DNA of 64,000 nt from an uncultured archaeon. GTDB lineage: Archaea > Thermoplasmatota > Penumbrarchaeia > JASLWR01. The notes beneath the pieces are model-generated. The model was not told where the DNA came from and ran no database searches. It saw nothing but the letters and a program-made list of their open reading frames with translations. A program made the translations under genes and the position numbers. Location of the stretch: assembly GCA_964342815.1 (NCBI GenBank), contig CAYFHS010000009.1, forward strand, positions 32,001 to 96,000, read 5' to 3'. Positions 1 to 10,052 of this stretch are shown piece by piece (the first letter of the stretch is position 1; every line of letters starts with the position of its first letter).

Positions 1-1
1 C

Positions 2-1582
2 CCAACCCAATGGTCCGACACAGATGAAGACGGTTTTGGGGACAACATTTCTGGAAACAACTCCGACCAATTTGTAACCGATCCAGCAGCATCCCAAGAT
101 ACCGATGGTGATGGATATCCGGATGGATGGAATACCGGAAAAGACGCTCTCGATTCTACAACCGGTCTATATCTCGATGCCTATCCAACCGATCCCGCCG
201 CATCCAGAGACAGCGATAACGACAGTTTTCCGGATGAATGGAATGCTGGAAAATCGATCTGGGATTCAACAACTGGAATTGAAAGACTTGACGCGTTTCC
301 ATTCGATCCCGCAGTCAGTCTCGATAGCGACGGCGATGGTTACCCGGATGGCTGGAACCAGGGGAAAAGCGGTTTTGATTCGACAACGGGAATCCGTCTG
401 GATGCTTTCCCCGATGATCCTGCGGCCTCGGCAGACAGCGACGATGATAATTATCCGGATGAATGGAATCGGAATAAAAGTGGTGACGACTCGACAAAAG
501 GTCTCACTCTGGACGCCTATCCCATAGACCCCGCAGCCAGCCTTGATACCGATAATGATGGGTATCCCGATGAATGGAATGCCGGGAAATCTGCAGAGGA
601 TTCCACATCTGATCCGCCTTTGAGGTTGGACGATTTCCCCAACGATCCTGCCGCCAGTCTCGATACGGACGGTGATGGTTATCCCGATGAATGGAATGTC
701 GGAAGAAGTGGAAATGATTCTATCTCGGACCCGCCCCTTCGGCTTGATGATTTCCCCAACGATCCGGCTGCTAGTATTGATAGGGATGGGGATGGGTATC
801 CGGATGAATGGAATACTGGAAAAAAGGAGAAAGATTCAACATCCGATCCGGCGCTACGTCTGGACGCTTTTCACGATGATCCCGCAGCCAGCTTCGATTT
901 CGACGGGGACGGTTATCCCGATAGATGGAACAATGGAACTGACAAAGATGATTCCACTACGGGATTGGTCTTAGATGAATTTCCCACGGAACCGACTCAA
1001 TGGAGGGATTCGGATAGAGACGGGTGGGGCGACAATTATGCTATTGAATCATGGGGAGATGGAAGAAAAGTCGGCATCTATATATCAGGCGCATACAAAC
1101 CCGATGCCTATCCTAATGATGAAACAAAGTGGCTTTATGAGAACGATAACGGCATAGTTGATGATGATAATAACGATGAAAATGATGACGGTTCGATTGA
1201 TGATGACGATACACCAGAAGAGAATGAGATAAATCCTGAATCCGGTAATTCATGGATATGGATCCTTTTGATCGCATTATTACTAATCTTTATAATTATC
1301 CTCAGTTTGATTCTTGTGGTTCGAAAAGGGAAAAAGCCAAAAGAGACAGCTGTATCAAACGAAGTAGTGAATTCGTATCTCCCCGCATCTCCGCCCACGC
1401 AACAGATGGATTATTATCCACAATATGAGCAAGCTCAACAAATCCAGCAATCAGCATATAAAAATATAGAACCTGACACATCCCCCCAAATTTCCGAGTA
1501 TATTCCTCCAGAAACCAATCCCCTGCCGCAATCCAGTATTTTACCTCAAACCCAATTAAATGAGCAAGTTTACAAGAGATAA
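2..1582 (+). CDS. 5'-truncated surface protein with thrombospondin type-3-like Ca-binding repeats and a C-terminal membrane anchor
   Basis: Frame 2 is open from base 2 (PTQWSDTDEDGFGDN...) through track ORF 620..1582. It has 8 repeats of about 37-39 aa (LD[AD]FPxDPAASxDxDGDGYPDxWNxG), an acidic linker, a hydrophobic helix SWIWILLIALLLIFIIILSLILVV followed by RKGKK, and a Pro/Gln/Tyr-rich tail. Confidence 0.85.
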   Translation, partial: PTQWSDTDEDGFGDNISGNNSDQFVTDPAASQDTDGDGYPDGWNTGKDALDSTTGLYLDAYPTDPAASRDSDNDSFPDEWNAGKSIWDSTTGIERLDAFPFDPAVSLDSDGDGYPDGWNQGKSGFDSTTGIRLDAFPDDPAASADSDDDNYPDEWNRNKSGDDSTKGLTLDAYPIDPAASLDTDNDGYPDEWNAGKSAEDSTSDPPLRLDDFPNDPAASLDTDGDGYPDEWNVGRSGNDSISDPPLRLDDFPNDPAASIDRDGDGYPDEWNTGKKEKDSTSDPALRLDAFHDDPAASFDFDGDGYPDRWNNGTDKDDSTTGLVLDEFPTEPTQWRDSDRDGWGDNYAIESWGDGRKVGIYISGAYKPDAYPNDETKWLYENDNGIVDDDNNDENDDGSIDDDDTPEENEINPESGNSWIWILLIALLLIFIIILSLILVVRKGKKPKETAVSNEVVNSYLPASPPTQQMDYYPQYEQAQQIQQSAYKNIEPDTSPQISEYIPPETNPLPQSSILPQTQLNEQVYKR

Positions 1583-1628
1583 AGAATAATAGGAAGATCG
1601 AATTGAATATCAGCAACCGTAATGAAAA

Positions 1629-2801
1629 TTATTTTCTTTTTCTCAGGACAATCATTACAATAATAAATATGATGATCACGGTAATAATCCCAACTATCAA
1701 ATACAAGGGAAGTCCCCAATATCTATCATATATTAAAATCGAAACTGAATTATTTTCATCATCATCTTTATCCGGATCAACATCTATTTGAATTAACGTT
1801 TCATTTTCCAAAAGTAAGGTATTATGATATATAGTAATGTTTTCTATTATTAGGGTATTAAATCCCTCCTTTTCAGCTACGATGGTGATTTTGCCGTACA
1901 AATCGTACTCATTAACCTTAAAATCAACAAGTCCCTGCTCATCAGTGTGCACAACATTTGCTATTGAGTTGTTGTTTAGATACATAGAAATATTTTCAGA
2001 AGGATTTTTAAGAGAAATTGTAACATTCTTTATAGGTAATCCCATCTCATCGATTATAGGGCCCAATTCTATCGAATAATATGGATCGTAATAATATCTA
2101 TTGAAAAGACCCGCACTTGTATTCCACGTTATTGATATATCTTCTCTTGGGGTCCAATCGAATTTCTCGATATGTCCGATGGTCTCGTTCTCTTCGATGT
2201 AGTAATCGTCCAATCCCTGCGGATGATCATCTATATAGTTATTATCAAACAAGAAATTGAATTTTGCTCTAGATATAGATCCATTCCATGCCTTCCCCGT
2301 TGTAGTGATATAGATCAATTCACATTTTGTTTCAAAGCTAATTCCATAATATGTCTCGTAACTTATGGTTATGTTGTCCGTTGAATTTGGTAACACCGCC
2401 ACATTAAAATGTATTGCCGGTGGATCGTTGTAGGATGAGTTGACATATGGGACATTTGTATTGTTGAACCGCAACGAAGAGATAGAATACGGGCATTCTT
2501 CACCATAAATGAACTCCCCGAAGTTATAGTAGTATTGTTTATTAAAGGGGAAATATACCGTCTGATTGATAGTGTAATTCGTAGGGTTATGGATCGTGTA
2601 CCTTCCTGTTACATAGACATGGTCCGAGATGTAAAAATCAACTTCTTCAGACACCAATATCAATGGAGTATCGTTGTCCGGTACCGGATTCGAACCCTCT
2701 TCAACAGACAGCGCAAATAATGGCAAAGGATTGGATGAAACCGGTATAGCAGAAGAAATGAAGAAACAGATTACAATGAACGAAATTTTCAACTTATTCA
2801 T
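1629..2801 (-). CDS. Secreted, C-terminally anchored protein (DUF4424-like N-terminal domain plus Ig-like domain)
   Basis: Signal-peptide-like MNKLKISFIVICFFISSAIPVSS; segment LVSEEVDF...YTIHNPT...TTGKAWNGSISRAKFNF; C-terminal TM helix plus RKRK. Alternative ATGs at 2813 and 2825. The domain name is from recall only. Confidence 0.7.
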   Translation of the reverse strand: MNKLKISFIVICFFISSAIPVSSNPLPLFALSVEEGSNPVPDNDTPLILVSEEVDFYISDHVYVTGRYTIHNPTNYTINQTVYFPFNKQYYYNFGEFIYGEECPYSISSLRFNNTNVPYVNSSYNDPPAIHFNVAVLPNSTDNITISYETYYGISFETKCELIYITTTGKAWNGSISRAKFNFLFDNNYIDDHPQGLDDYYIEENETIGHIEKFDWTPREDISITWNTSAGLFNRYYYDPYYSIELGPIIDEMGLPIKNVTISLKNPSENISMYLNNNSIANVVHTDEQGLVDFKVNEYDLYGKITIVAEKEGFNTLIIENITIYHNTLLLENETLIQIDVDPDKDDDENNSVSILIYDRYWGLPLYLIVGIITVIIIFIIVMIVLRKRK

Positions 2802-3030
2802 TTTAAATAACATTATTATCAACATTGAAGTGATATATGATATTATTCATTTTCTGATATAAATCATTATCGTATTGTGATAACAAAACCCAATGATATG
2901 CAGCATGTTTTCCAGAATTTTTTTTTATCCTCCTTCTGCACGGATGGAGTTTAGCACCGAGACCCAAACTAATAAATAGTAAAAAACTGTTTGAATTATA
3001 CATTTCTTTTATTCCCGGGAATGATGACCT

Positions 3031-6000
3031 ATGAAAAAATATCACATCATTACGATAACATTATTTGCCCTATTATTGGTTTCAAACTTCACGATCACTT
3101 GGAACTCGTTACAGGGAACGCAAAATACGGTAATTACCACCGGAAGTACAATGGAGACCTCTGCAGAAACAGATCAAGCCTTTTCCTCTTTGACAAGAGC
3201 AGGGGATGTGGTAATAAATGAATTTCTTCCGGATCCCAATACGGACTGGGACGATTCAGGTGACCTTGATTACTATGATGATGAATGGATCGAATTATAT
3301 AACAAGGGGAATTCCAGACAAGATATTTCTGGATGGAGATTGGATGACATTACTACCGGGGGCGCGGCCTACTATACAATACCGGGGGGTACTTATATCG
3401 ATCCCGGTCAGTTTATGGTATTCTATGGAAGCGAAACGGGGGTGGTTTTGAACAATGCTGGGGATACGGTGAACCTCCTGAATGATTTCGGTACTCTCAT
3501 CGATTCTTACCAGTATGATAATTCATCAAATGATGTCTCATACGCGAGGATCCCCGACGGAGCCGATAACTGGGAAAACGTTGGAGCACCCACACCTGGA
3601 GAAAGGAATTCAGTAATTGAGCTGGATAATTCTCAATCGCTAGTGGTTGACGATGATTATTCTACCAATGCCAAAGACATGATCGATAATGCCATCGATT
3701 ATATTTTTGTTCTACAGTATCTGACAATCTACTATCCAACTCACCCCGAATATCCCGTTTCTCAGCTTTATCAAGCTCTAATAAATGCCCATAACAGAGG
3801 AGTCGAAGTAAAAATATTACTGGATAATACTCCCTCGGAGAACGCAGATACGAAGATATATCTGGAGAATAGCGGCTTGAACGTGAAGATCGATGACGAC
3901 ACGCTGAAACTGCATTCCAAACTTGTTATCGCAGATGACATGGTATTGCTGGGAAGTACGAACTGGGGGCATAAATCAACTACTGGTAATCACGAGGCAA
4001 ACCTGAGGATCAATTCCACTCCGTTGGGAAAATATTTCAAAGCGTATTTCGAGGAACTCTGGTCGAACCCCACTATCTATCCTTCACCGAGTCCGCCGGA
4101 TACCGGCGAGATCTCCACGGTAATATGTGATGAATACTATGCAAAAGCGGATAATCTTATCAGCTCGGCCCAGAATAAAATTTGTCTCGTAATGTATCAT
4201 ATCACTGAAGCGGCCCAACCAAGGGCTCTTCTACAGAAACTTATCGACGCCCATCTACGGGGTGTTTCGGTTCGTGTGATCCTTGAGCATACGACCTTTA
4301 TCGATTACGTGGACATCGATAACATGGCCGCTCTGGAAATTCTTCTGGCCCAGGGGGTTCCGTCGGTGCTTGACGATGATTCCATGAATACCCATGCAAA
4401 GGTTCTGGTGGTAGATGATGAGGTACTCTTGGGAAGCACCAACTGGGCCTTTGAGGCGTTCAACAGCCAGCTAAATACGAATCTTCTCATAAATAATATC
4501 ACTCTTACCGGAACCGTTACTGATTATTTCGATGGTCTTTGGGGGAAATACGGATCCACTACCGGCAGTATGGAGCTATCCGGGAGTGCAGGAAATTTCT
4601 ATCTGGGAGATACCATTACCGTAACAGTGATCGACGAAGACACGAACATCAACGAATCGCTCAAAGAGGACCTAGAAATAACCGTTTCCTCGGATAGCGA
4701 TCCCGTGGGAATTTCCGTAACACTTCCTGAAACGGGAGTTGACACGGGTACATATAGAGATTTTTTTCACCTTTCATCAACGAGTGATCAAGCACAAAAT
4801 GAGATAGAATGCAAAGAAGGAGATACAGTAACCGTTGTTTATCATGACCTGATGGATGTGAATGCAACAGCCGGAAATATAGAAATTTCATTTGCCGTAG
4901 AGGAGACCATTGGTAGCATTAATCTTATCACCCCGTTAAACAATTCGCTTGTGAGGGGAAGCTCCACACAGCTCAACTGGAGCCTTGAATACAGTGGTTC
5001 AGGTATTGTCAGTTATAATGTAATAGCTGATGGGAATCCAGATCCCTCGGAGGTTGTAGCGACATCGATTACGGAGAATGGTTTTTTGCTGGATGGCCTC
5101 GCGGACAGTGAAAAATATTACTGGAAAGTAATACCGCTGGTGGACGGTTACCCCCGTTTCTGGGAATCAGACATCCGCACTTTCACAGTTGAGATTCAGG
5201 GAGTAATTACTCGGCTCACTCCTACAGACGGAAGTACACTGGAGGACAACTCAACCAAGCTCGAATGGGATCTCAGCTACAATGGGAAATCAGAAATATC
5301 GTTTGAGATACATTTCGGAAGCTCCGAGCTTTCTCTTCAGGTTCTGGAATCGGGTATTTCGGGCAAATATTATCAGCTAAATGATCTCGAGGACGGGGTC
5401 ACATACTACTGGGAAGTTGTGCCTCTCGTTGACGGGATCCCGGGAAATTGGGCGTCGGAAGTAAGAAGTTTCACTATCGAGTTCACCGGTGAAATTCACC
5501 CTGTATCGCCTCTGAACCGAGATATTGTAGTGGGCTCAACAACAGAGTTGCGCTGGGACTACAGTTACCATGGTAAGGGTATGTTAAAGTTTAACGTATA
5601 TATGGGTACCGAGACGGATACTATGGAGAAGATCGCATCAAGCATTCTATCCAACAAGACCATGACCTCTCTGCTGGAAGACGGAGAGACCTATTTCTGG
5701 AATATAACGCCAGTGGTGAACGGTATCGAGAAGGAATGGGCTTCGATGACCTGGAGTTTCTTTGTCAAGTTATCGGGAGAAATTGAGCTTATATCACCCG
5801 AGAGCGGGCAGGTCATCACCAAAAGCGAGGTTCTTCTTGAATGGGATCTGGATTATCAGGGAACGGGCGAAGTTGTATATTCGGTCTATCTGAGCGAGTT
5901 TAAAAATCCAACAAAGGAGATCCTGACTAAAGCTGCGGATACGAGTTTTACCGCGGACGAGCTTAATGATGAAACGAAATATTACTGGTTCGTGCAGCCG

Positions 6001-6453
6001 TATATCAACGACGAAAAGGTTTCTTGGAGCTCCCCGGTATGGAATTTCACAGTGAATCTGGAAAAAACCATTACCGGAGACGATGATACCGACGGAGGTG
6101 GTGATGGAAATGAAGTTAGTTCCGGCTCTAATACAATGATAATAATTTTGATAGCAGTGATTTTAGTTGTTTTAACTATAATTATCGTCATCCTGGTGCT
6201 AATGAGAAAGAAGAAAAAAGGTGGAGATGATGAAGGAGAACTAAAGCAATCTGACGTTCCCCGACCGCCCCGCGGAATGACCGGATATAATACGGATTCC
6301 GGCCAGACATACCCGCAGGCTCAGAATGTGCCACTTCAAACTGGGTTTACTGACGAATATTATCCTCAGAACGAGGGGGGGGCTGGTACAGGATTCTCCC
6401 ACGAAGAACAGCAAACTTACCCTTACCAGGAACAGGGACCACCCCGTGTTTGA
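3031..6453 (+). CDS. Membrane-anchored extracellular lamin-tail-domain + double phospholipase D (HKD) protein with FN3-like repeats
   Basis: Signal peptide; LTD motif VVINEFLPDP...EWIELYN; two HxK(x4)D...GSTN motifs (LHSKLVIADDMVLLGSTNW and THAKVLVVDDEVLLGSTNW); four repeats L[IT]xPxN/D...LxW...YYWxVxP; TM helix plus RKKKK. Confidence 0.88.
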   Translation: MKKYHIITITLFALLLVSNFTITWNSLQGTQNTVITTGSTMETSAETDQAFSSLTRAGDVVINEFLPDPNTDWDDSGDLDYYDDEWIELYNKGNSRQDISGWRLDDITTGGAAYYTIPGGTYIDPGQFMVFYGSETGVVLNNAGDTVNLLNDFGTLIDSYQYDNSSNDVSYARIPDGADNWENVGAPTPGERNSVIELDNSQSLVVDDDYSTNAKDMIDNAIDYIFVLQYLTIYYPTHPEYPVSQLYQALINAHNRGVEVKILLDNTPSENADTKIYLENSGLNVKIDDDTLKLHSKLVIADDMVLLGSTNWGHKSTTGNHEANLRINSTPLGKYFKAYFEELWSNPTIYPSPSPPDTGEISTVICDEYYAKADNLISSAQNKICLVMYHITEAAQPRALLQKLIDAHLRGVSVRVILEHTTFIDYVDIDNMAALEILLAQGVPSVLDDDSMNTHAKVLVVDDEVLLGSTNWAFEAFNSQLNTNLLINNITLTGTVTDYFDGLWGKYGSTTGSMELSGSAGNFYLGDTITVTVIDEDTNINESLKEDLEITVSSDSDPVGISVTLPETGVDTGTYRDFFHLSSTSDQAQNEIECKEGDTVTVVYHDLMDVNATAGNIEISFAVEETIGSINLITPLNNSLVRGSSTQLNWSLEYSGSGIVSYNVIADGNPDPSEVVATSITENGFLLDGLADSEKYYWKVIPLVDGYPRFWESDIRTFTVEIQGVITRLTPTDGSTLEDNSTKLEWDLSYNGKSEISFEIHFGSSELSLQVLESGISGKYYQLNDLEDGVTYYWEVVPLVDGIPGNWASEVRSFTIEFTGEIHPVSPLNRDIVVGSTTELRWDYSYHGKGMLKFNVYMGTETDTMEKIASSILSNKTMTSLLEDGETYFWNITPVVNGIEKEWASMTWSFFVKLSGEIELISPESGQVITKSEVLLEWDLDYQGTGEVVYSVYLSEFKNPTKEILTKAADTSFTADELNDETKYYWFVQPYINDEKVSWSSPVWNFTVNLEKTITGDDDTDGGGDGNEVSSGSNTMIIILIAVILVVLTIIIVILVLMRKKKKGGDDEGELKQSDVPRPPRGMTGYNTDSGQTYPQAQNVPLQTGFTDEYYPQNEGGAGTGFSHEEQQTYPYQEQGPPRV

Positions 6454-6908
6454 ACTCGAACATTATTTATATGACGGACACCGAATGGGATAACATGAAG
6501 AGAGAGGTCCCATCAAGCGTGAAAATAATTGCGCTAATTCATTTATTACTCGGAATCGGATCGATACTATTTGCCATATGGATCATAGTAGATATGTCGG
6601 GTGCATCGCAGGATATGGATTTCGGAAAACTCCTGAAGTTAATATCGATTATTGTTGCCATATTGTTCGTTCTCATGGGATCTTTCCTTCTCGTTATTGC
6701 GAAGGGTCTATGGCGGGCAAGACCGTGGGCGAGGATCCTGAACGCAATAACCACCGGATTAATCTTTATTATCACTCTTGCGTCGGCAATTAATGGAAGT
6801 TTCAGTGTTTACGGATTGATGATACTGGCGATATTTATGGTCATGTCGGGATATTTATTGATGAACCGGACGGTAAAAAATTACTTTAGGAAAGCCCAAG
6901 AAAAGTAA
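6450..6908 (+). CDS. Small integral membrane protein (4 predicted TM helices)
   Basis: Four hydrophobic segments. The TTG start overlaps the upstream TGA (alternative ATG at 6471). Confidence 0.7.
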   Translation: MNSNIIYMTDTEWDNMKREVPSSVKIIALIHLLLGIGSILFAIWIIVDMSGASQDMDFGKLLKLISIIVAILFVLMGSFLLVIAKGLWRARPWARILNAITTGLIFIITLASAINGSFSVYGLMILAIFMVMSGYLLMNRTVKNYFRKAQEK

Positions 6909-6972
6909 GTAAAACGCTTTTATTAATGGATTAACTTTTTAAGTAAAATTATTCATCTCCAAAGGTAATCCG

Positions 6973-7410
6973 ATGATACGGAATTTCACTCCCTCTGATA
7001 TGGATTCGATACTTGCCATCGAGCAAGAGGCTTTTCCGAAAGCGCCTTTTTCAAGATCAATTTTCCAGGACTTTTACATAAATGAAAATGTAACTTTCCT
7101 GGTATTTGAAAAAGATTCGGGGATATTGGGAGACATGGTCTTCGAGAAGAATGGGCACGCAGTCACCCTTGCAGTGGCCGGGAAACACCGTAGATCCGGA
7201 ATCGCGGCTGCACTGATGAAGAGAGCCCTGGAACTGATATCGGGTCCATTTCTCTTCTTTGAGGTTAGAAAATCCAATCTAACTGCAAAAGAACTCTACC
7301 GGCATCTCGGTGCTTATAAGGCAATGGAAAAGAAAGGATATTACAGTTCACCCTCAGAGGACGCTGAAATATGGGTTCTTTCGAAATCTGGAAAAGAGGC
7401 ACTCATATAA
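6973..7410 (+). CDS. rimI: GNAT family N-acetyltransferase (RimI/Ard1-like)
   Basis: IRNFTPSDMDSILAIEQEAF, acetyl-CoA motif LAVAGKHRRSGIAAALM, FEVRKSNLTAKELYRHLG, GYYSSPSEDA. Confidence 0.8.
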   Translation: MIRNFTPSDMDSILAIEQEAFPKAPFSRSIFQDFYINENVTFLVFEKDSGILGDMVFEKNGHAVTLAVAGKHRRSGIAAALMKRALELISGPFLFFEVRKSNLTAKELYRHLGAYKAMEKKGYYSSPSEDAEIWVLSKSGKEALI

Positions 7411-7431
7411 GTTCCGACAAGTTTCCAGTCG

Positions 7432-8121
7432 TCAATCTACCTTCGGGATATATGCAAACTTGGCCGGTTTAACATCGATTGTAATAATTAACTTGTCCTC
7501 GAATATTTGAACGTCGTCTATTTCCAAGTTCTTTATGTTTTTAAGGGCGAACGAGAACTTGTTGAACTCTGTTGATGAGCTGAATTCGAGCATTATGGAC
7601 TGTTTTGAGATGTGTTCCGCGGGGATCGCAGTAAGTTTTTCCTGGTATTCGGCCAAGAGGTTAAACGCATCCTTTACCTTGTTTACCTCCTGTATCTTTG
7701 CCGTTTCCCTTCCGAATTTTCTTTTCAACGCCTCATGCACAGTCAATCGAAGGTCGTCATTTTCCCATGGTTTTTCAATGTAAGTATGAACCTTGGCCCT
7801 GTTGATGGCTTCCTTTGCAATATGAATATCCGAGTAACCGGTAATAAGAATCCGGACTGTGTTGGGGTGTTTCCTCTGTACCATGGTCAGAAGATCGATT
7901 CCGTTCATTATCGGCATCTTGTAATCCGCAAGAACAAGATCGAATTCTTTCTTTTCCAGCATAGCAAGAGCTGCCATACCGTCTGTCTCTGTAATTATAT
8001 TGCTTATAAAAAGCCCCGCGGACCTCAGTACCAATTCCAGCGATTCCAGTACATCGGGTTCATCGTCAACGATCAATATGTCATGGACCATTTCATCAGT
8101 GGTCACGTCCTTCTCATCCAT
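7432..8121 (-). CDS. Response regulator (receiver domain plus about 95-aa unassigned C-terminal domain)
   Basis: ILIVDDE, phospho-acceptor DLVLADYKMP, ILITGY, YIEKPW. Lies 1 nt downstream of the kinase. Confidence 0.92.
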   Translation of the reverse strand: MDEKDVTTDEMVHDILIVDDEPDVLESLELVLRSAGLFISNIITETDGMAALAMLEKKEFDLVLADYKMPIMNGIDLLTMVQRKHPNTVRILITGYSDIHIAKEAINRAKVHTYIEKPWENDDLRLTVHEALKRKFGRETAKIQEVNKVKDAFNLLAEYQEKLTAIPAEHISKQSIMLEFSSSTEFNKFSFALKNIKNLEIDDVQIFEDKLIITIDVKPAKFAYIPKVD

Positions 8122-8122
8122 T

Positions 8123-9730
8123 TCAACACTCCTTTTGTGGTATTATTATCGTGATAGTCGTCCCCTTCCCCTCTTGGCTTTCCGCATTAATCTCCCCATT
8201 ATGATCTTTTATGATCCTGTAACATATACTCAATCCCAGACCGGTCCTATTGTCCTTTGTCGTATAGAACGGATTAAATATATTGCTGATCTGGTCCTCG
8301 GGTATCCCTCTTCCATTATCCTTTACCTCAACAAATATATCGGTATCAGAACACCAAGTCCTTATCCATATATCCCCATCCTCCATGGCCTCTGACGCAT
8401 TCAGTATAACGTTCATGAACACTTGATTCAGATGACCCATATTACATATTAAATTCGGTATCTTTCCGTAATCCTCGTGAACCTTTATCCGATATTTCAA
8501 CTGGTTGGATACCATGTAAAGTGTATCCCGGAGACCATCATTGATGTCTGCACCGGCCTTTCCTTTAACGTCCGGTTTAGCGAAAAGTTTCAAGGTTCGA
8601 GTTAGATTTGCGATCCGGTCGATACCCACCATGTTCGTCTCCACCATCCTTTCCAGCATTCCGAATATAATTTTTTCTTCTTCGTTACCCCTATGAACAT
8701 CCTTCAATTTTTCCAAATGTTCCTGGATCAACTCCGAATTCGATCTCAGATATGAAAGTGGATTGTTGATCTCATGGGCGACTCCCGCTACCAACTGCCC
8801 TATGGAAGCCATCTTCTCCGATTGGATCAATTCATTAGACCGCTGGTAAACCTCTTCCTCCAGGTGATCGGAATATTCCTTTAATTTTGCCTCGCTTTCT
8901 CGAAGAGCCTCCACGGCGAGTTTGCGCTCAGTGAAATCCTCCATACTCCCTTCATAATATAGAACCCGGCCATCGGAATCCCTGACAATCTTTGCGCTGT
9001 CTTTTATCCATATGGGAGTTCCGTCCCGTTTTTTGAGCTGACTTTCAAAATTGAAAATAATATCATTCTTCTCGAGCATCCCTTTCCATCGCTCGCGATC
9101 CTCTGGATTGAGAAAAGTAATGGAAGCGTTCTGGGCCAGCAGTGAAGCCTTGTCAGGATATCCCAGCATCTGGACCGATGCGGGATTGACATCGAGAATA
9201 CTTCCATCGGGAGTGGTTCTGTACAATCCAACAGGAACACCTTCGAAGAGGCTTCTGTATCGCGCCTCGCTCTTCCAAAGCTTCTCTTCCGCTTTCTTCC
9301 GCTCGGTGACGTCAAGACCCATTAATAAGATACCCGAGGGTTTTTCACCTACATATAAAACCGCTTCTCCAGGGGAGAACATTATGGTGTGAATCGAACC
9401 GTCCTTGTCATAAACGTCCACATCCGCGCCGGGTGTATAATCCCCATGAAAATCCCTTTCCCAAAGCTTTTTTACCCGTTCTCTCTGTTCAGGTATGACA
9501 AAATCAAGGACGTTCTTTCCAATGACATCGCCAACGTCATACCCCAGCTGACTCGCAGAGAGCTTACTAACGTTAATAACTATTCCGTCCATCCCGATCA
9601 ACAGGTTCACACTGGGACTGTACAGAAGTCGATATTTCTCCGAAGAATCCATCGGTATTTCTTCCTTTACCTGAACCTTTTCTCCGTAGTCTCCCAAATT
9701 ATTTTCCCCCGATTGAATTTTCCTAGACAT
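8123..9730 (-). CDS. Cytoplasmic PAS-PAS sensor histidine kinase (NtrB-like)
   Basis: Two PAS/PAC domains; H-box QSEKMASIGQLVAGVAHEINNPL; N-box LNQVFMNVILNA; G1 DNGRGI; F-box FNPFYTTK; G2 TGLGLSI. No TM segment. Confidence 0.95.
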   Translation of the reverse strand: MSRKIQSGENNLGDYGEKVQVKEEIPMDSSEKYRLLYSPSVNLLIGMDGIVINVSKLSASQLGYDVGDVIGKNVLDFVIPEQRERVKKLWERDFHGDYTPGADVDVYDKDGSIHTIMFSPGEAVLYVGEKPSGILLMGLDVTERKKAEEKLWKSEARYRSLFEGVPVGLYRTTPDGSILDVNPASVQMLGYPDKASLLAQNASITFLNPEDRERWKGMLEKNDIIFNFESQLKKRDGTPIWIKDSAKIVRDSDGRVLYYEGSMEDFTERKLAVEALRESEAKLKEYSDHLEEEVYQRSNELIQSEKMASIGQLVAGVAHEINNPLSYLRSNSELIQEHLEKLKDVHRGNEEEKIIFGMLERMVETNMVGIDRIANLTRTLKLFAKPDVKGKAGADINDGLRDTLYMVSNQLKYRIKVHEDYGKIPNLICNMGHLNQVFMNVILNASEAMEDGDIWIRTWCSDTDIFVEVKDNGRGIPEDQISNIFNPFYTTKDNRTGLGLSICYRIIKDHNGEINAESQEGKGTTITIIIPQKEC

Positions 9731-10052
9731 ATTTCCAATGAATACGATTAGTAAAAAAATCCTTCCTCAAACTGGGAAGAATTGCATTATATTACGCATA
9801 CATACTATTTCTTTTAAACTACTATTTTGAATTTTATCGATACTAAAAAATCTATTTCCAATATAAATAGGAATTTACATGAGAAAACTATTATTCTTAC
9901 GGTAAAACCTATGAAAAGCTCTCACCCATGTGTAGCTATGTTTTAGACAAGATAGTTTGGATAATTTAGATATTTTGACACATGACGGTGAGGAACAAAG
10001 ATTTATTATAGAAATACCATCTTTCCACTTCTCAATGAACGGCGGTTCGGCT

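Noticed and set aside
2686-2696. tRNA T-loop-like GGTTCGAATCC on the minus strand
   Set aside because: Lies in frame within a CDS (EGSNP); no acceptor, D or anticodon stems around it.
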